32,000 bases of DNA from Halomicrobium mukohataei DSM 12286 (GTDB lineage: Archaea > Halobacteriota > Halobacteria > Halobacteriales > Haloarculaceae). The stretch's first letter is position 1. Every line of letters begins with the position of its first letter. Shown piece after piece: positions 17,593 through 28,057 of this stretch. The stretch lies in the NCBI RefSeq assembly GCF_000023965.1, contig NC_013202.1, positions 1,650,001 through 1,682,000 of the forward strand, read 5' to 3'. Made by a program: the position numbers and the translations under genes. The notes under the pieces are model-generated. The model worked only from the letters and a program-made list of their open reading frames with translations, was not told where the DNA came from and ran no database searches.

Positions 17593-18018
17593 ATGACCGA
17601 TCACGAAGCGATCGAGACGGTCGTCGTCAAAGCCGACGAGATCGTCACCGCACTGGAGGCCAGCCAACGGGGGACCCAGACCGCCCTTCGTGTCACGGCT
17701 CCGTTCAGTGCTCGCATGCGGGCACGCCTCCACGTCGAACAGCCCGGCGACGGCGACGACGACGCACAGCTGTTGCTCTCGCCGCGCGCGCTTCTCGACG
17801 ACGATTGTCCGTCGCTGCCCACCTCAGACGAGACCGCCGAGAGGCTCAGGTCCGAATCCGACGAACAGTACTCCGTCGAGCGCCACCGCGAAACGCACGA
17901 AGCGGCCCTCGAAGAGTGGCGGTCGACGGTCCCAGAGTACGTCGTCGACTCCGTCGAGCTCCCCGCCGCCGGAGGCGCGGTCACGGTGGCGCTTCTCTCG
18001 GCCGCGGACCGAGAGTGA
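17593..18018 (+). CDS. conserved acidic hypothetical protein
   Basis: Tracked ORF 17347..18018 trimmed to the ATG at 17593 (MTDHEAIETVVVKADEIVTALEASQRG...). Acidic with high GC3. Divergent from the response regulator. Confidence 0.65.
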   Translation: MTDHEAIETVVVKADEIVTALEASQRGTQTALRVTAPFSARMRARLHVEQPGDGDDDAQLLLSPRALLDDDCPSLPTSDETAERLRSESDEQYSVERHRETHEAALEEWRSTVPEYVVDSVELPAAGGAVTVALLSAADRE

Positions 18019-18187
18019 TCGAATCGTCGTCGCTCGGTAAGCCGACGTTATAAAACGTTTCGGGACATTTCGCGCCGTCGTAAAACGTTCGTACGCACTT
18101 CGTACCAGCGTGAAATGAACTGAAACAGTCCGAAGCCTCGACCGGTTATATGATGCTCTCGGTCGTGGTGATCGATAGGTGTCCCCG

Positions 18188-18436
18188 ATGTCAAGCTCGA
18201 CCAACAACGACCTTCGATCGTCGCTCCAGTCGGTACGCTCGGTGAGCGAGGTCGGTAAGCACGTCTTGCCCCCGATCCGGGCGCTCGCGTTCTGGATCGC
18301 CATCGCACTGCCCTTCCTCTATCTGCCGCTTCTGGCGGTCGGCCTCTCCAGCCAGAGCCTGACTGGCGCGTTCCTGACCCTCTTGCTGTGTAACGCCGTC
18401 GCCCTCCTCGTCGGCCACAAGCACCTGCGAGAGTGA
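18188..18436 (+). CDS. small two-helix membrane protein
   Basis: ATG at 18188 within tracked ORF 18179..18436. LPPIRALAFWIAIALPFLYLPLLAVGL and LTGAFLTLLLCNAVALLVG are hydrophobic helices. High GC3. A TTATAT box lies about 35-40 nt upstream. Confidence 0.6.
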   Translation: MSSSTNNDLRSSLQSVRSVSEVGKHVLPPIRALAFWIAIALPFLYLPLLAVGLSSQSLTGAFLTLLLCNAVALLVGHKHLRE

Positions 18437-18484
18437 CCTCCGTCGCCGTCCCGGCTTTCCTGTCACTTCGTCTGTAGTTTGGGC

Positions 18485-18494
18485 AATATATTTA
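18485..18494 (+). promoter_or_regulatory. TATA box of the RNase HI gene
   Basis: AATATATTTA is centred about 30 nt upstream of the ATG at 18520, which suggests a leaderless transcript. Confidence 0.55.
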
Positions 18495-18519
18495 ACACGT
18501 ACCGACACGTAATACTTGT

Positions 18520-19143
18520 ATGGCCGCATACGGCCGGCCGTCACTTCGAGACTTGTTCGACGAATCGCCGACGCCCCACATCGCGCACCCGCCGCGCACA
18601 CACCACCGAGACTTCTACGTCGCTACCGACGGCTCGTATCGAGAGTCGTCTGGCGGACTCGGGGTCGTCATCGAGACGCGGGACGGGGAGCGCGTCGCCC
18701 GGCTGTCGGTCCACGACGGCGCGCCCGACAACAACGTCGCCGAGTATCGAGCGCTCCACCTCGGGCTCGACATCCTCGCCGCTCGGGCACCGGGCGACGC
18801 CACCGTCGGACTCCTCATCGACCACGACGACCTCGCGGCCAACGTCAACGCCGCGATGCTCGCCGTCAAGAACGCGCAGTTCGACGCGAGCCACCCGGTC
18901 TCGATCCCTCGCTCGACCGGGCTCCACTGGCGTGGCATTCGAGCCCGCATCAACGGCTTCGACGAGGTCAGGGCCGCACGGATCGCCAGCGGATCGAACC
19001 CGGCCCACCCGCTGGCAAACGCCCCCGACCAGTACGCACACGTCAACGACGAGCCGGCCCGCTGTGTGCTCCCCGAGACGCCGACCGTCGACGAGCAGGT
19101 CCCTCCGCCCTCGCGCTCGAACCGAGGCGGCGCGAGCGACTGA
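18520..19143 (+). CDS. rnhA: ribonuclease HI (type 1 RNase H) family protein
   Basis: FYVATDGSY (first Asp), NNVAEYRALHLGL (Glu) and LLIDHDDL (Asp) occur in canonical order. I could not place the fourth carboxylate confidently by eye. Pro-rich C-terminal tail. Confidence 0.75.
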   Translation: MAAYGRPSLRDLFDESPTPHIAHPPRTHHRDFYVATDGSYRESSGGLGVVIETRDGERVARLSVHDGAPDNNVAEYRALHLGLDILAARAPGDATVGLLIDHDDLAANVNAAMLAVKNAQFDASHPVSIPRSTGLHWRGIRARINGFDEVRAARIASGSNPAHPLANAPDQYAHVNDEPARCVLPETPTVDEQVPPPSRSNRGGASD

Positions 19144-19149
19144 CGACGA

Positions 19150-21402
<2,253 letters not shown>

Positions 21403-21515
21403 ACGTGGCCGTCGATCCCGACGGTAAAAAAGGCCCGTTTCCCGTCAACAGACGAATGGTACTACGACGGTCGTGGAACTGTGTCGGCAGTCTCGGACGG
21501 CCGCGAGACGAGCGG

Positions 21516-23420
21516 CTACCTGCTCGTCAGTTCGTCGACGCGGTCGGTGAGTTCGTCGACGGCCGTCTGTTGCTGGTGCGTGGCCGACACGATCTGGCCG
21601 GTCGCCGTCTCGGCCTCTTGGGCGTGTTCCCTGGCTTCCTCGACGATCGACGTGATGTTCTCGATCGCAGTCGCCTGATCGTCGTTGGCGTCGGCGACCT
21701 CCTGAATCCCGCTCGTGGCCTCCTCGACCGCCTCCGTGATTTCGTCGAGCGCCGTGAGCGCCTCGTCGATCTCGGACTCCGCTCGTTGGACCCGTTCGTG
21801 GGAGTGGTCGACCATGTCGGCGGTCTCGGCCGCCTGCTCCTGAATCGCGTCGATACTCGCGGAGATATCCGAGGCGTGGTCGCTGGTCTCGTTCGCGAGG
21901 CTCTTGACCTCGTTGGCGACGACGGCGAACCCGCTCCCGCTCTCGCCCGCGCGGGCCGCCTCGATGTTGGCGTTGAGCGCGAGCATGTTCGTCTGCTCGG
22001 CCACGTCGGCGATAATGTCGACGATCTCGTTGACCTCGTCCATCTGGGACTCGAGATCCGTCACGCTGTCGACGAGGTCCTCGCTCGTCTCGGTGAGGTT
22101 GTCCGTGACCGCTTTGACCGCCTGGCCGGCGTCGGATCCCTCTTCGGCGGCGTCGCGAGCCCGCTGTGCCGCCGACGCCACCTCGCTCGACGTGGCGGCG
22201 ACCTCCTCCATCCCGGCACCGATCTCCTGGACGGTATCGGCGGCCGTCGTCAGCGACGTGGCCTGCTTCTCGACGCGTTCCTCGACCGCTTCGGCGGCGT
22301 TCGTGGTCTGTTCGATCGTCGACGCGAGCGCCTGGGCCTGGTCGTCGACCTTGTGGGTCAACCGTTCGACCTGCTCGGCCATCTCGTTGAGCGACTCGAC
22401 GACTTCACACAGCTGGTCGTCGACGTGTTCCTTGCCGTCGTCCTCGGTGAACGAGGCTCGGGCGTCGAGCTGCCCTCGCTGGAGTGCCCCCATCGTCGAC
22501 TCGACTTCCTCGACCAGCGTCTCGATCGCCTCGTGGCGCTCGGCCTCTTCGGTCCGATCCTGGACCATCTCGACGACGGCGACCAGCTCGTCCCCGTCGT
22601 AGATCGGGGCCGCACTGAACGAGATGTGTCGCTCGCTGCCGTGTTGATCGGCCATCACGCTCCGGTCCCGATAGAGCGTGAATCCGGCGTCTTCGACTTT
22701 CGGCACGTCGTACTCCAGATGAGTTCGTTCGGGGGCGTCGAGTACCTTGTCGGCCAGCGTCTTCCCGCGCCGACCGTCGGGGTAGAAGGCCATACTGGCC
22801 ATCTCCATCTCCTTGGCGTCCGTCTCCGAGACGCCGGTGAGGTCCTCAAGCGAGCGGTTCCACGTCAGAATCTCCCCATCGGGGTCGAGGACGAACAGCG
22901 GCGTTCCGACGTGGTGGAGCACGTCGTGGTAATCGAACCGATCCGTCGCCTCCGACGCCGCGTCTCCGTCGCCGTCGGCCTCGAAGGCCTCGATACCGGT
23001 TCGGGAGACGAACTGCGCGGTTTCCAGGCGCTCTCGGAGCTCGCGCTCGACCGCGTCGATCGAATTCTGGGCATCCGGGCCGACCTCCTTCCGGAGCCGC
23101 TCGAAGGCGTCTTCGACGAGCGACTCGGTGACGAGTTCCTGTGTGGTGAGGAACGCCGAGCGGCTGGCACCGACCTGATCGTACTCCGCCACCAGATCCG
23201 CAACGTCGGAGCGGTCGAGCGCGAACTGCCGGTCGACCTGGCGACGACCGACCGCAGCGGCGTCGGATACCTCGAAGACGGCGTCCAGTTGCGACGCGTC
23301 GACGTCGACGACATCACCCTCGGACTGTGACTCTCTCCGACCGACCGTTCCGCCGTCCGGTCGCGCCTCCGTTTCCGTCGTGTCGCTCGGCCCGAGCGCG
23401 TCGACGATGGCGTCGAACAT
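21516..23420 (-). CDS. soluble methyl-accepting chemotaxis transducer (Htr-like) with PAS sensor
   Basis: Tracked ORF 21516..23489 trimmed to the ATG at 23420 (MFDAIVDALGP). PAS-like segment PLFVLDPDGEILTWNRSLEDLTGV. Highly conserved signalling hairpin NMLALNANIEAARAGESGSGFAVVANEVKSLA. No hydrophobic transmembrane segment is visible. Confidence 0.9.
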   Translation of the reverse strand: MFDAIVDALGPSDTTETEARPDGGTVGRRESQSEGDVVDVDASQLDAVFEVSDAAAVGRRQVDRQFALDRSDVADLVAEYDQVGASRSAFLTTQELVTESLVEDAFERLRKEVGPDAQNSIDAVERELRERLETAQFVSRTGIEAFEADGDGDAASEATDRFDYHDVLHHVGTPLFVLDPDGEILTWNRSLEDLTGVSETDAKEMEMASMAFYPDGRRGKTLADKVLDAPERTHLEYDVPKVEDAGFTLYRDRSVMADQHGSERHISFSAAPIYDGDELVAVVEMVQDRTEEAERHEAIETLVEEVESTMGALQRGQLDARASFTEDDGKEHVDDQLCEVVESLNEMAEQVERLTHKVDDQAQALASTIEQTTNAAEAVEERVEKQATSLTTAADTVQEIGAGMEEVAATSSEVASAAQRARDAAEEGSDAGQAVKAVTDNLTETSEDLVDSVTDLESQMDEVNEIVDIIADVAEQTNMLALNANIEAARAGESGSGFAVVANEVKSLANETSDHASDISASIDAIQEQAAETADMVDHSHERVQRAESEIDEALTALDEITEAVEEATSGIQEVADANDDQATAIENITSIVEEAREHAQEAETATGQIVSATHQQQTAVDELTDRVDELTSR

Positions 23421-23621
23421 ATCTCTTGTTCCTTGCTCCACTGGTGTGGTAGATAAACGTATCCACGCTGGTATCAAACCAGATAACACTGTCGGCCGTT
23501 ACTCCGTGACGGTCTTCGCCACTCGGGGTGGCGAAAGCGTGCACCGAGGTACGACCGGTGGTATACCCCGATGGCCGCGACAGAGAGAATGGGATAAGTG
23601 CGTGGGGCCGATAGCACGACT

Positions 23622-24428
23622 ATGACGAGTCGTTTCCGTCGGCTGTTGCTCACCACGACGGCCGGAACGCTCCTCCTGATGCTCGTCGGGCTCTACACCG
23701 CCTACAAGGGCGCAGGGTTGACCTGTGAACAGCGATGGCCGCTCTGTGACGGCTGGATGGGCCTGTTCCCCGCGAACCTCGTGAGTTTCATCGAGTGGTC
23801 CCACCGGCTGCTGGCGATGCTCGTCGGCTTCGCGCTGCTTGGCGTCCTGTATCTCGCCTGGCGACGCCAGGACGACCGTCGGGTGAAGTGGGCCGTCACC
23901 GCCGCCGTCGTACTGCTCCCCTCCCAGATCATCCTCGGTGCGCTGACGGTGACGGAGTTTACTGCCCTGATCACCGCGGCGCACTTCTTTACCGCCTCGC
24001 TCATCCTGCTCTGTCTCACGGCGGCCTGTGTCTGGACCGTCGAACCGCCGTCTGTCGGTGGACTCCGCACGCTGGCGATCCTCGCTGCTGTGGCGGTCCC
24101 CTTCCACCTCGCGCTCGACGGCTCCCTGTTTGCGGTGCCGGTCAGCGTGCTCACCGGCTACTACGCCCTCTCTTTCCTCCTCTGGGGCGCGCTCGTCGCG
24201 GGGGCGCTGTGGGCACACGGCCACGGACTCCCTCGTGCGCGTCTCCTCTTCGCGCTGGGCAGTGCCGTCACCTGGTTCGACATGCTCGTCGCACGCCGGA
24301 AGTTCGGGCTCGACCAGACGCTGACGGACGCGGGTGCGGTGGTCGTCCTCGTCCTGATCGCGGGCGCGATCTGGACGCTCTCGAAGCGGTCGAAGACCGG
24401 CGGTCTGGCCGCGACGCGGGCGGACTGA
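23622..24428 (+). CDS. ctaA: heme A synthase (COX15/CtaA family)
   Basis: Tracked ORF 23598..24428 trimmed to the ATG at 23622 (MTSRFRRLLLTTTAGTLLLM). Multi-pass membrane protein with a CEQRWPLC Cys pair, EWSHR and AAHFF His motifs. The GATAAG TATA-like box lies about 27 nt upstream. Confidence 0.8.
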   Translation: MTSRFRRLLLTTTAGTLLLMLVGLYTAYKGAGLTCEQRWPLCDGWMGLFPANLVSFIEWSHRLLAMLVGFALLGVLYLAWRRQDDRRVKWAVTAAVVLLPSQIILGALTVTEFTALITAAHFFTASLILLCLTAACVWTVEPPSVGGLRTLAILAAVAVPFHLALDGSLFAVPVSVLTGYYALSFLLWGALVAGALWAHGHGLPRARLLFALGSAVTWFDMLVARRKFGLDQTLTDAGAVVVLVLIAGAIWTLSKRSKTGGLAATRAD

Positions 24429-24510
24429 TACGGATTATTGTAGCGATTTACCGGTGATCGTCTACTCCGTGGCGACGATCACCGGTAAGCAACTACAAGA
24501 AACCGTATGA
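24426..24510. repeat. 85-bp long palindromic element, TGATAC...GTATGA family, member 2
   Basis: Stems: ATACGG 24428..24433 / CCGTAT 24503..24508; TTGTAG 24438..24443 / CTACAA 24493..24498; perfect 15-bp TTACCGGTGATCGTC 24448..24462 / GACGATCACCGGTAA 24474..24488. Its first TGA is the ctaA stop codon. TGATACGGA is repeated directly at 24426..24434 and 24508..24516. Confidence 0.9.
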
Positions 24511-24533
24511 TACGGACTGCCGGTCGGCGATCG

Positions 24534-26027
24534 TCACATGAAATCGGAGAGCCCGGACTGCTGGTCGCCGTCGTCGCTCTCTTGGCTGCCGTCGCTGTCG
24601 TCCGCCTCCCCGTCGTCGCCCGCGGGCTCACCGCCAAGCGTCGCCTGTCCACCGTCGTCAGTGTCGTCGTGGGTGTCGTCTGTGCCGGTCGCGTCCTGTG
24701 TCGTCTCGCCGGCACTGGCACCCTCGAAGGCACCGTCCGACCCCTCGACTGCGGCCTCCTCTCGAAGCTCCTCGGCGTCCTCGACGATCGACTGGACCTT
24801 GTTGGTGTCTTTTCCCGACCCGGTGACGAAGGCGACGTGGCTGGCGTCCATCTCGTACTGGGCGGCCATCGCGACGGTGAGTTCGCGGTTCTTGCAGTGG
24901 TGAGTCATCGTTGCGAGGAAGGGCATGATCTCCCGGCGTGCAGTGCGCATGCTGACGCCGTTGACGGCGGCGATCTGCTGGGCGATGTGGTCTCGCGTGT
25001 TGCGCGTGCCCTTCGAGCGGCCCAGCTTCGACCAGTAGCTCGGGGGGCCGTAGCGAGTCCAGCCGCCCTTCGTTCCCTCGCGGGCGGCGGCGACTCCGGC
25101 GGTCATGTTGTCGCCCGCGTAGCGCCAGAACGAGTAGTTCTGCTTCGCGCGTACGCGCCCGAGCCAGCGGTCGGCGTTGGCGAGAAACTCGTAGGCAGTC
25201 GTCAGCTCGCTGCCCGCGTACTCTTTGGGCATGTTGTCCTCGATCCAGTTGATGAGGTCGTCGGGCGTCTCGTCGACGTCGTAGCTCGCTTCGAGTGCTT
25301 CTTGGGGACCGGCTTCTTTCAACAGGAGATCGAGGTAGTCGAAGATCCCCTCCGTCGTGTCGCGCTCGCCGGTGACCACGTCGTCGGCGGCGAGGTGGTC
25401 CCGGCCCTCCGCAAGCGCCTGGAGGTCCTTGATCGCTCCCCGGAGGTCGCCGTCGTTCATCTCGGCGATCTCGGTCAGGGCCTCGTCGTCGAACGCGATC
25501 TCCTCCTGGCGGAGCACGTCCCGCAACACCGGCACGATCGAGCGCTTGCCCACGTCGCGGAACTCGATGTCATCACAGGCGTTGCGCAGCCCGTTGCTCA
25601 TCTCGTAGAACTCGTTTGCGATGAGGATCATCGGCTGGTTGGCCTCTTTGACCAGCGACGTGATCGCCCGCGCTCCCCCGCGGTCGGCGTTGCCGTGGAT
25701 GTTGTCGGCCTCGTCCATGACGACGAGCCGTCGTCCCGCTCCGCCCGCCGTGAGCGTTCCCGACTTTGCCGCCTCCCCGGCGACTTTCTCGATGACGTCT
25801 TTCGTTCGGGAGTCCGAGGCGTTGAGCTCGATCGTCGGCCACTCCATGTCGTTGGCCAGCGCGTGGGCCGCGGAGGTCTTCCCGATCCCCGGCGCGCCGT
25901 GGAGGATGACGGCCTCGCGGTGGTCCTCCCAGCTCTCGGCCCACTCTCGCAGGGCGTCGCGGGCCTTGTCGTTGCCCCGCACCTCCGCCAGCGTCGTCGG
26001 GCGGTATCGCTCCGTCCAGTCGGCCAT
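24534..26027 (-). CDS. rfcL: replication factor C large subunit
   Basis: MADWTERYRPTTLAEVRGNDKA...ILHGAPGIGKTSAAHALA shows the Walker A motif and VVMDEADN the Walker B motif. The acidic C-terminal tail ends in the PIP-like motif QSGLSDFM. Confidence 0.92.
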   Translation of the reverse strand: MADWTERYRPTTLAEVRGNDKARDALREWAESWEDHREAVILHGAPGIGKTSAAHALANDMEWPTIELNASDSRTKDVIEKVAGEAAKSGTLTAGGAGRRLVVMDEADNIHGNADRGGARAITSLVKEANQPMILIANEFYEMSNGLRNACDDIEFRDVGKRSIVPVLRDVLRQEEIAFDDEALTEIAEMNDGDLRGAIKDLQALAEGRDHLAADDVVTGERDTTEGIFDYLDLLLKEAGPQEALEASYDVDETPDDLINWIEDNMPKEYAGSELTTAYEFLANADRWLGRVRAKQNYSFWRYAGDNMTAGVAAAREGTKGGWTRYGPPSYWSKLGRSKGTRNTRDHIAQQIAAVNGVSMRTARREIMPFLATMTHHCKNRELTVAMAAQYEMDASHVAFVTGSGKDTNKVQSIVEDAEELREEAAVEGSDGAFEGASAGETTQDATGTDDTHDDTDDGGQATLGGEPAGDDGEADDSDGSQESDDGDQQSGLSDFM

Positions 26028-26321
26028 TGACGTGTGCTTGGCGCGAGGCTCGTTTAGGGATTGCGGAGCGGGAGCGATCGTCGTCTCGAAAGAGAGACTG
26101 CCGGAACGGCAGGATGTCCACGGAGGATGGGGATGGAAGCGTGTGAGGTGGGCATCTGCCGTGCCGCATTGCGTTCACCGCTCGCCCTTGGGGAAGTGAG
26201 CGAGCGGCGGTGGCAACTGATGGCTTCGTACCGGCACTGTGGAGGGCACCGGTGTCTGGTGGTATCCGGCTGCCCCACATAAAACTATTGGAATTATTAT
26301 AGTAACAATGGAACCGATTTA

Positions 26322-26357
26322 CACACCGATCGCACTGCAGTCGTGCGATCGGGTGTG
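26322..26357 (-). terminator. strong hairpin in an AT-rich tract downstream of the second binding-protein gene (possible terminator)
   Basis: CACACCGATCGCAC 26322..26335 pairs with GTGCGATCG(G)GTGTG 26343..26357 (14 bp with a one-base bulge and a 7-nt loop). It is flanked by the smaller hairpin CATTGA-TTT-TCAATG (26358..26372) and by the only clearly AT-rich tract in this part of the window. Confidence 0.4.
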
Positions 26358-26411
26358 CATTGATTTTCAATGGCTACTATAGACAGCGTGTCGCGCCGCC
26401 GTCGACACCGA

Positions 26412-27740
26412 CTACAGATCGCACGACGATGCGGGCGGCTCCTCACAGCCGGGTTCCATACCGCGTTTGACAGCGCGTAGTTCGAGGTTGTTGTCGATAG
26501 ACTCCGTCTGTGCTCGACCGCGAACGATCGGGACCGAACGGATAGACTGGTGGTCACAGGCCCGCATCTCCTGTGTTCCCGCACCGGCTGCGTACCCAAG
26601 TCCTTCGAGTTCCGTCCGAAGCGCTGTGGCGTCGAAGCTCCCGGCTCGTTCGGCGGCGTGGGCAAAGAGGACGACCTGTGCGTAGACGGTCTGTGCCGGT
26701 CCCGGTGCGACGAGCGCGTCCGAGTCCGACCGCCCGTACTCGCGCTGGTAGGCCTCGCCGAAGGTGCCGGCCAGTGGGGTCCCCAGATCCTCGTGCCAGC
26801 CTGTCGTACCGTAGATTCCCGCCACCCGGTCCCCGAGCAAGTCCGCGATCGACTGCGTGAGATACGGCACTACCACCGTCGTATCCTCGGAGAGCGTGTC
26901 TCTGGCCCACTGGATCGCGTTGACGGCGTCCAGTCCGAACACGTCGAGAAAGACGAGTGTCACGTCGGAGAGGGTCCCCTCGTTGATTGCCGACTCGAAG
27001 TTCGTCGTTCCCGGGCGGACCGCGATACCCCCCGTCGGCCGCCAGGGGAGGTCACGGCGGGAGACGACATCGCTGATCGAGTGGAACAGGTCGTTGCCTT
27101 CCGGTGCGTCGGCGTAGACGTGGAAGGTCGACTGCTGGCTCGTGATGTCGCTGGCGAGCTCGGACACGAGCGACCGGGCCAGCGTCGTGGAGTTGAACAG
27201 GTGCCGGTAGACGTGGGGCGAGCAGCCGCTCCCGGTGAGTGCGTCGACCGTCGACGAGCCGACGAAGTACGGCGTCTCGTACTCGTCGGCGAGGTCGCGA
27301 TTGGTCTGTGCGACGGATCCGGCGACGCCGCCAAACACCGCCGCGAACTCGTCGCCGTCGAGACGCGGGCGCACCTTCGATTCGGTCGTCGCGGGGCTGC
27401 CCTCCGTGTCCAGCACGGCAGTCTCGACGGTCGAGCCCAGCACGCCGTCGCCCGAGAGGGAACCGTACTCGGAGTCGTCGACGATCCCACCCCCTTCGTT
27501 GAGGTGCCTGACGGCCAGTTCGAACCCGTCGCGTTCGTGCTCACCGACGGGAGCGTAGTGGCCCGTCTCGGGTGCCGTGAGCGCGATCGTGACCGACCCG
27601 TCGCCGCTGCTCGTCGCGGTGGATGAGCTATCAGATCCCAGACAGCCGGCGAGTGCCAGCGTTCCAGCACCGCCGACAGATTCGAGCATTCGCCGCCGCG
27701 TGACGCGCGAACGACGCCCGTCGCAGTCCTCAGTGGTCAT
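26412..27740 (-). CDS. LivJ-type ABC substrate-binding lipoprotein, orphan; paralogue of 15269..16597
   Basis: 442 aa. RRSRVTRRRMLESVGGAGTLALAGCLG is a Tat motif plus lipobox. It is near-collinear with the paralogue, with well over half of positions identical by eye, including the C-terminal PGCEEPPASSCDL (paralogue: PGCDEPPASACEL). Confidence 0.8.
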   Translation of the reverse strand: MTTEDCDGRRSRVTRRRMLESVGGAGTLALAGCLGSDSSSTATSSGDGSVTIALTAPETGHYAPVGEHERDGFELAVRHLNEGGGIVDDSEYGSLSGDGVLGSTVETAVLDTEGSPATTESKVRPRLDGDEFAAVFGGVAGSVAQTNRDLADEYETPYFVGSSTVDALTGSGCSPHVYRHLFNSTTLARSLVSELASDITSQQSTFHVYADAPEGNDLFHSISDVVSRRDLPWRPTGGIAVRPGTTNFESAINEGTLSDVTLVFLDVFGLDAVNAIQWARDTLSEDTTVVVPYLTQSIADLLGDRVAGIYGTTGWHEDLGTPLAGTFGEAYQREYGRSDSDALVAPGPAQTVYAQVVLFAHAAERAGSFDATALRTELEGLGYAAGAGTQEMRACDHQSIRSVPIVRGRAQTESIDNNLELRAVKRGMEPGCEEPPASSCDL

Positions 27741-27748
27741 GGATCACA

Positions 27749-27778
27749 GTTGGTAAACCACCTCATATATCGTTTTGG
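27749..27778 (-). promoter_or_regulatory. promoter/operator block of the second binding-protein gene
   Basis: The minus strand reads CCAAAA-cg-ATATATG-agg-TGGTTTACCAAC, then 8 nt, then ATG. The block order and every spacer length are the same as at 15231..15268. Confidence 0.6.
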
Positions 27779-27904
27779 GTATACGTTCTGTTCGTGAGAT
27801 TCGAGATGAATCGAGGACCGGGATGTCGGCTCGATGGGATCGTCTCACTCGTCGAGCGGCGACGGCGTCGTCACTCGCACGGGGTTCGCGATGAGAGTAA
27901 CTGA

Positions 27905-27922
27905 CCGGGGAGGGCTCCGAAC
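27905..27922 (-). repeat. 18-bp duplicate of the tRNA-Met 3' region (T-loop to acceptor 3' strand)
   Basis: CCGGGGAGGGCTCCGAAC is identical to 28061..28078 inside the tRNA gene, in the same orientation, 156 bp away. The fragment lacks the 5' half of the T stem, so it is not a functional tRNA. Confidence 0.9.
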
Positions 27923-27928
27923 TTGCGA

Positions 27929-28041
27929 GAGACTCACTTCGTTCGTCTCACGTACCCTCGCTCACTGCCGTTCGCGAGGACCTACCGGGTTCGTCGCCCG
28001 GGCATACCATGACAGACTCGTCACTCACTGTCGTTCGTGAC
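27929..28041 (-). repeat. cluster of three hairpins with a conserved loop (minus-strand reading GAACG-N1-3-AGTGA) on unrelated stems
   Basis: Plus-strand view of the three hairpins: GAGAC[TCACTTCGTTC]GTCTC at 27929..27949; CCTCGC[TCACTGCCGTTC]GCGAGG at 27956..27979; GTCAC[TCACTGTCGTTC]GTGAC at 28020..28041. A fourth copy, GGTAGC[GAACGGAGTGA]GCTACC, lies at 5753..5775 on the plus strand. Confidence 0.85.
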
Positions 28042-28057
28042 TCGCATAGTAATGGTA

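Noticed and set aside
26054-26282. Small Cys-containing ORFs (74 aa minus, 73 aa plus) as possible zinc-finger micro-proteins
   Set aside because: They are very basic, with noticeably lower GC3 than real genes here. There are no paired CxxC knuckles, and the two ORFs mirror each other. I treated the region as non-coding.
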